Shown here: positions 48,418 through 58,190 of the stretch, in pieces
Layout: each line of letters begins with the position of its first letter
Numbering within the stretch: position 1 is the first letter of the stretch
Assembly: GCA_903824855.1 (NCBI GenBank)
Contig: CAIJYI010000041.1
Location: 27,159-91,158 of the forward strand
Length of the DNA: 64,000 bases
Direction: 5' to 3'
Source of the DNA: an uncultured bacterium
Lineage (GTDB): Bacteria > Patescibacteriota > Minisyncoccia > Phycocordibacterales > CAIJYI01
Notes under the pieces: model-generated
Databases searched by the model: none
The model's input: the letters and a program-made list of their open reading frames with translations, nothing else
Told to the model about the DNA's origin: nothing
Made by a program: the position numbers and the translations under genes

Positions 48418-48512
48418 CGTATTTTTTAAAAATTAAAATGATGTAACTATTTTTTTAGTATAATTGAATTTGAACAGAAAACAAAATTAAAAAGTGATTA
48501 TTTTTTTGAAAA

Positions 48513-49079
48513 TTATTCCTCAACCTTTTTTATTTCCCCGAATTCGCTTTCCAGCTTCTTAATTTTTTCCTCGATTTCTTTCAGGCGTTTTTCTTCGCTT
48601 TCTTTTTTTGCTCCGGTTTCATTGATTAATAGTTCTTCCTCGCGAAGAGCGCCGACGCAATCAGTGAGAGCAACCAGGAGTTCTCCTCGTTTGATCCAGG
48701 TCACTTCGTCCATCATTTTCTTTTTTTCCGGGCTCATTTCTACACGCAAATCCCATATTTTTTTCTCCATCCATTCAATTTCTGCTTCAATCAACTCTTT
48801 TTCAATTTCCTTTTTTCTCGTTTCAATAAAAGCAAGAAGGGAAGGGTCGATATTTTCATCGGCAAGTTTAGTGAGTTCTTGTTTTTCAGAGTTAAGTTCT
48901 TGTTTTATTCGGTCTTGCGCAACTTGGGCATTTCTCAAATGAGAAGTAAACTGATTTCTCGTTCCTCTCAAATATTCGATACGATTTTTTGTATCGTTCG
49001 CGCGATTTGAAATTTTTTCATTCATCGATATCGTCGGCATTGGTTCTGTCGCCGATTCAAAATGATTTTCATTAAACAT
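48513..49079 (-). CDS. Glu/Lys-rich coiled-coil protein (hypothetical)
   Basis: 188 aa with heptad-like EK-rich sequence. Confidence 0.4.
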   Translation of the reverse strand: MFNENHFESATEPMPTISMNEKISNRANDTKNRIEYLRGTRNQFTSHLRNAQVAQDRIKQELNSEKQELTKLADENIDPSLLAFIETRKKEIEKELIEAEIEWMEKKIWDLRVEMSPEKKKMMDEVTWIKRGELLVALTDCVGALREEELLINETGAKKESEEKRLKEIEEKIKKLESEFGEIKKVEE

Positions 49080-49121
49080 ATCATAAGAATATCACCTTTT
49101 TAAAATAAATAAAACATATAT

Positions 49122-49150
49122 TGACTTTGAATAAAACTTATGTTACAATT
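49122..49150 (+). promoter_or_regulatory. Strong sigma70 promoter (TTGACT-N17-TACAAT with TGn extension)
   Basis: Near-consensus -35, spacer and extended -10, about 55 nt upstream of the GNAT gene. Confidence 0.55.
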
Positions 49151-49204
49151 TGCTGAGTATAAATTTATTCAATAATTTGTTTTTTGAAAAATCAGGGGAA
49201 ATTA

Positions 49205-49705
49205 ATGACTACCCGGGTACTTAAAAGTGGTACTGAAATAGAAATTCGTCCGATACTTCCGGAAGATACGGAACGGCTGGCGGAATTCTATGAAAATTTA
49301 AGCGACAAAACCATCCAATCATTTTATCGATGTTCTATTCCTAAAAAACAGCTTGCGAGAAAGGAAAAAATAGTACAGGAATGCAACCAAAACTCTGAGG
49401 AATATTTCAGAACCGTTGCTTTGTGTAATGATAAAATTATCGCTATAAATATGATCATTCAAATTGACCGTTTCAGTGGTGAATATGAAATCGGTAATCT
49501 TGTTTCAGACGAATTCCAAAATATGGGAGTCGGTTCAGTTCTCATGAAAGAAATGTTTCGTCGTGTTAAAAAAAATCATGCATGTTTGAAATTGATTGCG
49601 CATACTACTTTCAATAATTATCGAGCGAGATTTCATCTTTTGAAATTTGGTTTTAGCTTGGATAACATTATTGATGAAGAATTTGTTTGGGTATGTACGG
49701 TTTAA
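49205..49705 (+). CDS. GNAT-family N-acetyltransferase
   Basis: The track start is 49184; an alternative Met is at 49205. Acetyl-CoA motif A is QNMGVGSVLMKEMF. Confidence 0.6.
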   Translation: MTTRVLKSGTEIEIRPILPEDTERLAEFYENLSDKTIQSFYRCSIPKKQLARKEKIVQECNQNSEEYFRTVALCNDKIIAINMIIQIDRFSGEYEIGNLVSDEFQNMGVGSVLMKEMFRRVKKNHACLKLIAHTTFNNYRARFHLLKFGFSLDNIIDEEFVWVCTV

Positions 49706-49719
49706 TATTCCGAAAAACC

Positions 49720-49751
49720 AAGCTCTGTGTTTTATCACAGAGCTTTTTTTA
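49720..49751 (+). terminator. Rho-independent terminator (AAGCTCTGTG-TTTTAT-CACAGAGCTT + TTTTT)
   Basis: Direct reading. Confidence 0.8.
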
Positions 49752-49792
49752 TATAATTTTCGTATTTTTAATGAATATGATAAAATGGACTG

Positions 49793-50851
49793 ATGGAAAA
49801 TAAACTGCCAAATGTCACTGATCATTCACACGAGCTTTTTGATGAGCAAAATGAGCGGATGTCGGAAAAAATTGAAATTATCACCATCACGGATACCCAT
49901 AATGATTATGAGGCGATTATTCGAAATCTTCGCATTCACGACATCATTGATGAAAACGGCGAGTGGAAAGAAGGTGTGAAAAATATACACGTAATTCATA
50001 CGGGAGATGTCGTAAATAAAAAAAATCCTGATAAAAAAAGTTTGGAATACATTTTTCATCTAAAAGCTACGGCTCCAAAAACGTGTTCCGTTGAAATTCT
50101 CGCAGGCAATCACGAAATGGATTATTTGATGGGAAAAACCGGGCCTGCGGAAGAAGGTTCTGAAAGAAAAATCATTGAAGGAATGTCTTTGCTCAGTTCC
50201 GCCGGCCCCGTACTTTTTTTACATGGCTATCCGACAAGAAAATTGCTTCGATGGATTGAGTCTTACACGATAACCGACGGATATTCAGTCGAGGAAGCGA
50301 TTGCGGAAATAAATAGACAATTTAGTGAGGCATTAGAGGAATCAACGGCAGGGTATAATAATAAATTAAGTCACTTTTTATTCGGTGATACCGAAGAAAA
50401 GAAAAAATCCGGAGCTGAAAAAGAGAATAAAAAATTAAAATTAGAAAATCGAAAAATAATAGAGGACGATGTAGATACTTCAACCGAATTACCTAACGGG
50501 CGAAAACTAAAACCTCTTTTTCGAAAAACATTACCGATTGATTATTATCAAAAACATGGAAAAGAAGTTTCCGAGCTTCTTTCTACTCTCGGTTTTGATG
50601 TCGTCATTCACGGACACGTAAGATCACCGAGGGGGGTTCAGTCTGTCGGTGAATTCAAAGAATTTTTGCCGAATGTCACCTTAATCAGCAATGACGTCGC
50701 TGTTTCCGATTTTAAAAGTACCAAAGTTGGAGAACCGACGGCTGGAAATAAATGGGGTTCAACAAAGATAATCATGGAGAACAATTCCGAGGGAAAAACT
50801 ATAATCAACGAAATGACTTTTGTAAACAAAGACACCGTGGAACAAGTATAA
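49793..50851 (+). CDS. Calcineurin-like metallophosphoesterase (cytoplasmic)
   Basis: 352 aa. Motifs ITDTHND, GDVVNK, GNHE and GHVRSP. Confidence 0.6.
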   Translation: MENKLPNVTDHSHELFDEQNERMSEKIEIITITDTHNDYEAIIRNLRIHDIIDENGEWKEGVKNIHVIHTGDVVNKKNPDKKSLEYIFHLKATAPKTCSVEILAGNHEMDYLMGKTGPAEEGSERKIIEGMSLLSSAGPVLFLHGYPTRKLLRWIESYTITDGYSVEEAIAEINRQFSEALEESTAGYNNKLSHFLFGDTEEKKKSGAEKENKKLKLENRKIIEDDVDTSTELPNGRKLKPLFRKTLPIDYYQKHGKEVSELLSTLGFDVVIHGHVRSPRGVQSVGEFKEFLPNVTLISNDVAVSDFKSTKVGEPTAGNKWGSTKIIMENNSEGKTIINEMTFVNKDTVEQV

Positions 50852-50893
50852 TATAATAAGAACGTAAGTTTTATAATTTAAAAAATAATTTAT

Positions 50894-51229
50894 ATGGGTA
50901 ATTTTGAAGGAATGCCTTCCGTCTCAAAACAAGAAGAATCACAAAAAGAAAAACTCTCAAAATTGGTAAATTCACTTCTTGCGGATTCTCTACTCGTGGT
51001 TGCAGGAAGTTCAAAGGAAGATATTATCGCGGGAGAAAAAGTGCTTGATGAAAAAATGGCAAAAATGAATCGCGAAGATTTGCTCAATCTCACCATGGAA
51101 ATACAACAATATCTGAACGAACCAAACCCTGATTTTGTGGATGAGTCGATGTACAACCGTTTCAGTATCGTGTACGGTGCCGCGTGCATGCAACTCGAAA
51201 AACTCGACGGCAATACAACCTCAGAGTAA
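50894..51229 (+). CDS. Hypothetical protein
   Basis: 111 aa, acidic, no known domain. Confidence 0.4.
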   Translation: MGNFEGMPSVSKQEESQKEKLSKLVNSLLADSLLVVAGSSKEDIIAGEKVLDEKMAKMNREDLLNLTMEIQQYLNEPNPDFVDESMYNRFSIVYGAACMQLEKLDGNTTSE

Positions 51230-51246
51230 ATCTATTTAAGAAATTC

Positions 51247-51270
51247 ACTTGGCGGTTTCACCGCCAAGTG
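51247..51270. repeat. REP-like palindrome (CACTTGGCGG-TTTCA-CCGCCAAGTG)
   Basis: Direct reading; 18 nt after the stop of 50894-51229. Confidence 0.85.
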
Positions 51271-51280
51271 ATTTTTAATA

Positions 51281-51310
51281 ATAAAAAAAGCGCACTATTC
51301 GGTGCGCCTT
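51281..51310 (-). terminator. Terminator hairpin (AAGCGCAC-TATTCG-GTGCGCCTT) with a T-run on the minus strand
   Basis: Lies downstream of the minus-strand gene 51317-51709. Confidence 0.55.
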
Positions 51311-51316
51311 CCTTTG

Positions 51317-51709
51317 TTAATATGCGAAAAGTATATTCCTTATTGCTACGAAAAACCGTACTATGAAAGTGAAAATAATTGTCGTCAATGTCGTAATGAA
51401 TGCGATAATTGATGCAGTTACCAATATTTGCGTAAATGTTAGTAGATGTCCGGGGAGAGTTGAAAACATTCCGGCAAGTAGTAAAATACTAAAACTAACA
51501 AGCGCAATATGAGTACTTCGATGTGATAGATTTCTAATTTTTTCCTGAATTACGAGATTCTTTTTAAGGAACACAATTTCAATGAAAAGAAACAATGAAT
51601 AACTGAATACAAATAATATTAAAAAATTAATCGGTATCAGATTGTATGTCATGATAAATCTCCTTTTTGTGTAAACAAACGTGAAAACAATCTTTCTAAA
51701 TGGTATCAC
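51317..51709 (-). CDS. Small membrane protein (hypothetical)
   Basis: 130 aa with 3 TM helices. Confidence 0.4.
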   Translation of the reverse strand: MIPFRKIVFTFVYTKRRFIMTYNLIPINFLILFVFSYSLFLFIEIVFLKKNLVIQEKIRNLSHRSTHIALVSFSILLLAGMFSTLPGHLLTFTQILVTASIIAFITTLTTIIFTFIVRFFVAIRNILFAY

Positions 51710-51734
51710 ACCTCAGGATTAAGTCAATTTATCC

Positions 51735-53681
51735 TTAGGGCTTTAAGGTTTGGGAAGACGATAGTTTTAATTCCAGATTACCTTTAATAATCAAATCCGA
51801 AGCACTGGTCGCTTTTACTTCTTCTTCATAGAGCGTTTTACAGTCTTCAATGGGAAGGACGGTTTGTTTTGACATTGAAAGACATTCGCCATTCTCAAAC
51901 AATCCTCCATCCGTAAAGTTTTTGTAAGTAAGATTTCCGGTCAGTATCGTTGTTATTGCCTTTGAATAAGCGTTGCGAAGGGTCACTCGGTGAGTTTTTC
52001 CGAGCAAATCTTTTCCAAAAAGAGTGCTGGTTGATGTGATGCCGAGAATGTTTTCCACTGTGGGATAAAAATCAAGGTGACTTCCGGGGGTTGAATAAGT
52101 TTTTGCGGGAAGATTGGTTCCGAGAAGAATAAGAGGGACATTACTTGAACGTGTTTCTTTGAAAGCTTTTGTGGTTGATGTCCCAATTAAATCAGAAATA
52201 CCGTAAAGATTTCCGTGATCGCCGTAGATTGCGATTACGGAATTATTATAGAGACCATTTACTTTTAATCCCGCGATAAATTCGCCGATGGCCATGTCGG
52301 TATAATGTATACTTTGCAAATAATCTTTCTGAATAGCATTAAAAGGAGATTTTTCAGGAATGGAGAGTGTCTGTAAATTGGTCGGAATTTTGAATGGTGT
52401 GTGTGAAGAAAGGGTAATCAGTGTCGCCATGAATGGAGACTGAAATCCCGTCATTTCTTGCAATGACTGAGCAAAAAAATCAGAATCGGGAAGGTATTCG
52501 GTTTTCATCGGAACAGGCAAAACAAAATCAGATTTGCTAAAAGATTTTTCATATCCGAGCGCGGGATAAATATTGGAACGATTCCAGAAGGTCGGTTCAT
52601 CTGCGTGCAGGGAATAGGTTCGGTAACCATTTTCTTTCAGGAGGGAAGGGAGAGCGTGGTATTTGTTGTGCGCAAAATCTATAAACGCGACGGTGTTTGT
52701 TAGTGAGTAGAGAGAATTAAGAATGACAAATTCAGCATCGGCCGTATTTCCGGCGCCAACCTGAGTATAATAATTATTGAAATACAAACCGTGTTTTGCA
52801 AGAATATTTAAATTCGGAGTAATTTCCTGACCATTTATTTTTTGAAAAAGTACGGAATTCTCCAAGGACTCTACTTGAATAATGATGAGATTTTTATTTT
52901 TTGCCGAACCGAAGGTGTTCGTTTTTCCTATTTTTGGTACTGCGTCTTTCCATTCTAAAACAAGTGCGATATCTTCGGGGGTTAATTTTGTACTTCGCAA
53001 CGTCATCCCGATAAAATCAGCGGCAAAATAATTAAAAATTCCGATTCTCTGAACGGTCATGTTTGGAGAATAAACAAAGCTGTTCATCTCACGAATCGTT
53101 TGGGGAAAATGTGTGATTTTATACCAACCGTTTCCGTTGCCGAATAAAATTACACCGTATCCAAAAAGACCTATGATTATGATGCACAATAAATAAAAAA
53201 CGCGTAAGTTTTTCCACTTGGCGGTGAAACCGCCAAGTGGAAGTGTATCGATAATTTTTTCCTTTTTTTGGAGAAAAATTCCTATAAAAAGGACGACGAA
53301 TTGGAGAAGAAAAATGATAAGAGAAAAGGAAACAAGATTGAGTATTGATCCAGCGAGCGAGGTGGTTTGACCGGCATATTTAAGAGCCGAGGCCTGCATA
53401 AATCCGCCGAAGTAGGAAAAATAGAGATATTGAGCAAGAAAAAGCCATGCAACAAAAGAGGAAATAATAAAGAGATACACATAGCGCCACCATTTCGAAA
53501 AAAGTACCGATGGGCCGTAAAAAAGTATCCCGAGAGAGAAAGTTGAGAGAATAAAAAGAAAAAAGAAAGGACTGTCATGAAGCCCGACAAATATATTAAA
53601 AATCTGGTTTTGTGCGACGAATAATATCGCCAGTGAAATCGGCAGAAAAAGAAAAGAATTTTTTGGGAGAAATTTCTTCAT
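51735..53681 (-). CDS. LtaS-like sulfatase-family membrane enzyme (polyglycerolphosphate/lipoteichoic-acid synthase-like); contains an in-frame REP copy
   Basis: 648 aa. About 5 N-terminal TM helices, then a sulfatase domain (NLIIIQVESLEN...YYTQVGAGNTADAEF...). REP-encoded LPLGGFTAKW sits in the TM/linker region. Confidence 0.7.
   Translation of the reverse strand: MKKFLPKNSFLFLPISLAILFVAQNQIFNIFVGLHDSPFFFLFILSTFSLGILFYGPSVLFSKWWRYVYLFIISSFVAWLFLAQYLYFSYFGGFMQASALKYAGQTTSLAGSILNLVSFSLIIFLLQFVVLFIGIFLQKKEKIIDTLPLGGFTAKWKNLRVFYLLCIIIIGLFGYGVILFGNGNGWYKITHFPQTIREMNSFVYSPNMTVQRIGIFNYFAADFIGMTLRSTKLTPEDIALVLEWKDAVPKIGKTNTFGSAKNKNLIIIQVESLENSVLFQKINGQEITPNLNILAKHGLYFNNYYTQVGAGNTADAEFVILNSLYSLTNTVAFIDFAHNKYHALPSLLKENGYRTYSLHADEPTFWNRSNIYPALGYEKSFSKSDFVLPVPMKTEYLPDSDFFAQSLQEMTGFQSPFMATLITLSSHTPFKIPTNLQTLSIPEKSPFNAIQKDYLQSIHYTDMAIGEFIAGLKVNGLYNNSVIAIYGDHGNLYGISDLIGTSTTKAFKETRSSNVPLILLGTNLPAKTYSTPGSHLDFYPTVENILGITSTSTLFGKDLLGKTHRVTLRNAYSKAITTILTGNLTYKNFTDGGLFENGECLSMSKQTVLPIEDCKTLYEEEVKATSASDLIIKGNLELKLSSSQTLKP
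53215..53239. repeat. REP-like palindrome inside the LtaS-like ORF (in-frame, encodes LGGFTAKW)
   Basis: Direct reading, confirmed by back-translation against the ORF-track protein. Confidence 0.85.
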
Positions 53682-53777
53682 GAGTATTTAAGTATATCAA
53701 AAAAAACGGGGAGAGACGATAGCCTTCGTTGTAAAAAAATAAAGCCCCTGAAAAGATCAGGGACTTTGAATGGTATG

Positions 53778-54170
53778 TTACCAAGTACGAAGATGACGGT
53801 TTTTTCTTTCCACTTTATGGTGGACAGAAGCGTGGTCACCACAAGAGAGACATTCTTTTACGTCAAAATAATGCTCGTACTTATTTGGCTCGCTCGCATC
53901 GGCACCGGTTTCAATTACATAAGTAATTCGAATTCTTGATCCGCATTTTTTACATTTTTTGTAATGCGGTATTCCTATCGCTCCAATGAGGAAAAGGCAG
54001 GGAATAAGAAGAAGGCCCGCTACTGTATTTATGGTGGGCAATATCGGGTCAAGCACTAATGCTATTGATCCAAGAGCGACGGAGAGGACATTTAAAAAGA
54101 TCAATAAAAGGTAAAGAGGGACAATTGTGATAATCAGTAATTTGAAAAAGTGTTTTACGGCATTCATCAT
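53778..54170 (-). CDS. Membrane protein with a C-terminal CxxC...CxxC zinc ribbon (hypothetical)
   Basis: 130 aa with 2 TM helices. Zinc ribbon CKKCGSR...CLSCGDH. Confidence 0.4.
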   Translation of the reverse strand: MMNAVKHFFKLLIITIVPLYLLLIFLNVLSVALGSIALVLDPILPTINTVAGLLLIPCLFLIGAIGIPHYKKCKKCGSRIRITYVIETGADASEPNKYEHYFDVKECLSCGDHASVHHKVERKNRHLRTW

Positions 54171-54327
54171 CTGACTCCTTTGTTTGTTGTGTGAAATCCC
54201 AATTTATATACTAACATAATGGCGTTCATATGTCAACGAATCTTTTTGGGTTGACATCATTAATAGAATGTGATTATATTATGAAAGAAATTGACATTTC
54301 AACATAAAATCAATCTATAAAACGGAG

Positions 54328-55761
54328 GTGCTCGTGGGGGCATTAAAAAAATATTTCAGCGATTTTGCGATTCTAAAAGAAACGCACAAGGCGTATTGGG
54401 GTATTCAAACCATCAATATATTGGACGCGACATACGAGTTCGCTTTCTCTCTTATTATCACCCTTTTCCTGTCTAAAACAATTGGTTTTACGGATCAGGA
54501 GGCCGGCTTTGCGATAATGACCGTCGGTATCATCAGTTCCATCACGTTTCTTTTTATCGGGCCTTTCGTTGATCGGCTCGGTTTAAGAAAGGCACTTTGG
54601 ACTTCACTTCTCGGGATGTTATTCTTTCGAACAATTTTAGTCGGCTGCGCATTTTATCCGGGGATTCCGTATCGCGGTTTGGTAACAATGGCGATGATCT
54701 TTCTCGCCGGTGTTCCCGCGGCGATGCTGGGAACTGTTTATCAAATCGGCAATAGGCGATTTACTTCAAAAAAAGCTCAAGCTGCAGGATTTAATGTTTG
54801 GTATATTGCGATGAATATCGGCGCACTCTTGGCAGGATTGCTCGTCGACTTTTTGCAGGGTGGCCTTATGCTTTCCCGCGAATGGGTTCTCGTTTTTGGT
54901 ATCGGTTCAACTATCATAACGATATTTGTTGCACTCTTTACGGTTACAACAAATGAACAATATCGCGCGAGTGATGAAGAATCATTGCCGGAAAAACCAA
55001 AAGTTGAGAAAACGAAGAAGGGATGGAGAGAAGGTGTTGATTATGCCAAAAGCGTAATTATTGCTCCTTCATTTTTGCGGATGATTTCCGCGCTCACATT
55101 ATTGCTCGGCGTTCGTGTCGCGTTTTTGTACACAAATCTCCTGATGCCCAAATATTGGATTCGCGTCATCGGAGAAAATGCACATATCGGATGGCTGAAT
55201 GCAATCAATCCGACGATTATCATTATTGGTGTATTTCTTCTCGTTCCGATAATCAACAAATATGACACGTACAAAATGCTGGCTTGGGGAGCTCTGCTCG
55301 CTGCGCTATGTTTTGCACCGCTTGCCGTACCGTGGTATTTTGTCAGCAGTAATATTGTCGTCGCTTATTATGTGATGGCCGTCGGTTGCATGATTATTCT
55401 TTCATTCGGCGAAATGATGTGGTCTCCGCGTATGTCGCATTATATTGTTTCCGTTGCTCCTGAGGGGCAAGAAGGAACATACGCTGCATTCTCATCGCTC
55501 CCGTGGTTTGTCGGCAAAACACTTGCCGGCGGATTATCAGGCGTCATGCTCGCGAAATGGTGTCCCGAGTTTATTGTACGAGACGGAATACATGTTCCGA
55601 TACAACAAGCTTTGGTTAATCATTCGCTTTCATATTGGCAAACTCCTGAAGCAATGTGGCTGGTACTTGGTCTTATTGCCGTCATCGGTCCAATCATTAT
55701 GCTCTTTTTGAAAGATTGGTTTACTGTTGGAATGAAAAAAGAAACACAACTCGAGGAATAA
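54328..55761 (+). CDS. MFS transporter
   Basis: 477 aa with about 12 TM helices in a 6+6 arrangement around a central charged loop (EKPKVEKTKKGWREG). Confidence 0.7.
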   Translation: MLVGALKKYFSDFAILKETHKAYWGIQTINILDATYEFAFSLIITLFLSKTIGFTDQEAGFAIMTVGIISSITFLFIGPFVDRLGLRKALWTSLLGMLFFRTILVGCAFYPGIPYRGLVTMAMIFLAGVPAAMLGTVYQIGNRRFTSKKAQAAGFNVWYIAMNIGALLAGLLVDFLQGGLMLSREWVLVFGIGSTIITIFVALFTVTTNEQYRASDEESLPEKPKVEKTKKGWREGVDYAKSVIIAPSFLRMISALTLLLGVRVAFLYTNLLMPKYWIRVIGENAHIGWLNAINPTIIIIGVFLLVPIINKYDTYKMLAWGALLAALCFAPLAVPWYFVSSNIVVAYYVMAVGCMIILSFGEMMWSPRMSHYIVSVAPEGQEGTYAAFSSLPWFVGKTLAGGLSGVMLAKWCPEFIVRDGIHVPIQQALVNHSLSYWQTPEAMWLVLGLIAVIGPIIMLFLKDWFTVGMKKETQLEE

Positions 55762-55779
55762 AAATTTCGGGTAAAAAAC

Positions 55780-55815
55780 AATGGCGTCACGAGTAACTCG
55801 TGACGCCATTTTTAT
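55780..55815 (+). terminator. Rho-independent terminator (AATGGCGTCACGAG-TAA-CTCGTGACGCCATT + TTTAT)
   Basis: Direct reading. Confidence 0.8.
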
Positions 55816-55877
55816 ACTATTTTAATTACATTGTTTTCGTCCATACTTTATAAAATTGATGCCTGCCTGTAGGTAGG

Positions 55878-55922
55878 AACTTGATGAACCTGATGAACTT
55901 TATAAACTTGATGAACTTATAA
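55878..55922 (-). repeat. Tandem 9-nt minisatellite (reverse complement of AAGTTCATC units, 5 copies) covering the last 7 codons, the stop and the 3' flank of the M3 peptidase gene
   Basis: Direct reading. It encodes ...GFISSSSL* on the minus strand. Confidence 0.8.
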
Positions 55923-58077
55923 ATCCGTATTGTCGCATAAGTGCATCAATACTTGGTTTTCTTCCGAGGAACGCTTCGTTGCTTTCAGAAAACGGTCTTG
56001 ATCCACCGACGGATAATATTTCATCGTTGAATTTTTTTCCGACCGACCAATCGATTTTTCCATTTTTTATAAATTGTGAGAAATCATCAGCCGCCAGAAC
56101 TTCGGCCCAGTGATAACTGTAATATCCTGCGGAATATCCTCCTGCAAAGATGTGACCAAAACTATTCGGATACGTCGACATCCATGGATAGAACGTTGTT
56201 ACCACATTTTTGCGATACACGTTGCTAAACATCTCGTCTGATTGTCCGGATTTACCGGGAACATATTCTAAATGTAAACGGAAATCAAACTCATCAAGAA
56301 CGGTTGCCCGAGAAGCGCTTAATCCTTTTCCGAACATTCTTACTTCACGTGCGGTTTCCAAAAGAGCCAAAGGCATTTTCTCTCCGGTTTTGTAATGGAA
56401 AGCAAAGCTCCCAATCACTTCCGGTTGCCAAACGAAATTTTCCATAAATTGACTTGGCAGTTCTACGCCGTCCCAAGGAACGCCACCACCGCCGGAAATA
56501 TCTCTTGTGTTGATTTTTGTTAACAATTTTTGAGAATTATGTCCGAATTCATGGAAGAGATAGAGAACCTCTTGAAATCCAAGAAGCGGTTCTTCTCCCG
56601 CTGTTGGTGCCTGAAGATTAAGAACGATAAGTCCGACCGGTAATTGAATGGTCCCGTCACTTTTTTGATAGCGATCAACCATAGAATTCGCCCAACCTCC
56701 GCTATTTTTTCCCTCACGCTGAAACAAGTCTAAATAAAATCCGCCGATTAAATTTCCTTCGCTTGAATATACTTCGTAAAATTTAACGCTCTTGTGCCAG
56801 ACAGAAACGCCGGCTCTTTCGCGGATAGTAACTCCGTAAAGTTTATTCACCACAGAAGAAAGTCCTCCCATTACTTTTGATAAAGGGAAATAAGGACGCA
56901 TGGCTTCTTCGGAAAAATTAAATTTCTCCTTTTTTAAGAGCTGTTGATAATACGACACATCCCACGGTTCGACTTTTTTTAAACCGTCCTTTGAAAGTGC
57001 GAAGGCACTGAGTTCTTTGATATCTCTTTCTGCGAACGGACGTGAACGTGATTGCAAGTCGGTAATGAAATTCATTACCTCCGCAGTGCTTTTCGCCATC
57101 CTCGTTTCCAACGCCATTTCGGCGTAGTTATTAAAACCGAGCAGTTTTGCTTCCTTATGACGAAGCTCCAATATTTTTTCTATAACGGGAGCATTATCAA
57201 ATTTTTGTCCTTGGGGGCCGTTTGCTGATGCGACCGAGTAAATTGCGCGATATGCTTCTTCACGAAGGTCCCGGTTTTTTGCATAGCTAATAATCGTTCC
57301 AACTGTGCCGTCTCCAAGAGTAAGAACATATCCGTTTAAGCCGTTTTTTTGCGCGACTTCTTTAGCGGAATTTATTACCGACTGCGGAATACCGTCAAGT
57401 ATTTTCTCATCGGTAATATGTTTTTTCCATGAATTGGAAGAAGCGGTTTCGTTGTCGGAAAATTTTTTCGTGAGGGTCCCTAATTCAATAATTATTTTTG
57501 TGAGATCCTGCCGTTTTTCCGCAGAAAGCAAAATTCCGGACAGACGATAATCACGAAGTGTATTATCAAGAGATGCTATTTGTTCGGGCAGTAAATTATT
57601 TTTTTCCGCGGTATCTCTGACTTCTTTGTATGCGTTGAACATTTTTTCGTTCTGAGCATTGGAGAGTTCGAATTGAGTGATTTTTGTTTGACATCTTTCA
57701 TAGATGGCGTCACTTTTTTCACGGACAGATTCTTCCGGTTTTGAGACCGTCGACAGGTGATTGATTGGATACCAAAGTTGATATAACTCATCAGCCATCT
57801 CATTTTGTGGAAGAACAAAATTTTCCCACGTATAAGGACTGCCTTCGTTTAATCTTTTTTGTAACCATTCGTTTTGTCTCGCGAGTAAGGCGTCAATTTC
57901 CGGTTCAACCGTCAAAATATCTATTTTCTGCCAGTTGTAGAGAATCAGTTCAGTTTTTGGGTGTGAGGGCGTTTGAGAAAAATTTTCAAGCGCCGCGTAT
58001 CCAAGGAAAATCGTGCAGAGGGAAACAACCAGTGCAATAATCGTTCGTTTCATTTTGACTCCTTTAAAGGTTTTCAA
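55900..58077 (-). CDS. M3-family zinc oligopeptidase (Dcp/oligopeptidase A-like), secreted
   Basis: 725 aa. Signal peptide, then the zinc motif HEFGH (LFHEFGHNSQ) and a downstream E ligand. Confidence 0.85.
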   Translation of the reverse strand: MKTFKGVKMKRTIIALVVSLCTIFLGYAALENFSQTPSHPKTELILYNWQKIDILTVEPEIDALLARQNEWLQKRLNEGSPYTWENFVLPQNEMADELYQLWYPINHLSTVSKPEESVREKSDAIYERCQTKITQFELSNAQNEKMFNAYKEVRDTAEKNNLLPEQIASLDNTLRDYRLSGILLSAEKRQDLTKIIIELGTLTKKFSDNETASSNSWKKHITDEKILDGIPQSVINSAKEVAQKNGLNGYVLTLGDGTVGTIISYAKNRDLREEAYRAIYSVASANGPQGQKFDNAPVIEKILELRHKEAKLLGFNNYAEMALETRMAKSTAEVMNFITDLQSRSRPFAERDIKELSAFALSKDGLKKVEPWDVSYYQQLLKKEKFNFSEEAMRPYFPLSKVMGGLSSVVNKLYGVTIRERAGVSVWHKSVKFYEVYSSEGNLIGGFYLDLFQREGKNSGGWANSMVDRYQKSDGTIQLPVGLIVLNLQAPTAGEEPLLGFQEVLYLFHEFGHNSQKLLTKINTRDISGGGGVPWDGVELPSQFMENFVWQPEVIGSFAFHYKTGEKMPLALLETAREVRMFGKGLSASRATVLDEFDFRLHLEYVPGKSGQSDEMFSNVYRKNVVTTFYPWMSTYPNSFGHIFAGGYSAGYYSYHWAEVLAADDFSQFIKNGKIDWSVGKKFNDEILSVGGSRPFSESNEAFLGRKPSIDALMRQYGFISSSSL

Positions 58078-58190
58078 GTAGCTAAATCTGTTCTTATGTA
58101 AACATTATTTATTTATTATGTCAATTGAAATATTCCTGATATACTTTGCGTAATAAAGAGCATATTACTAATTAAAATTGTAAAAAATAT

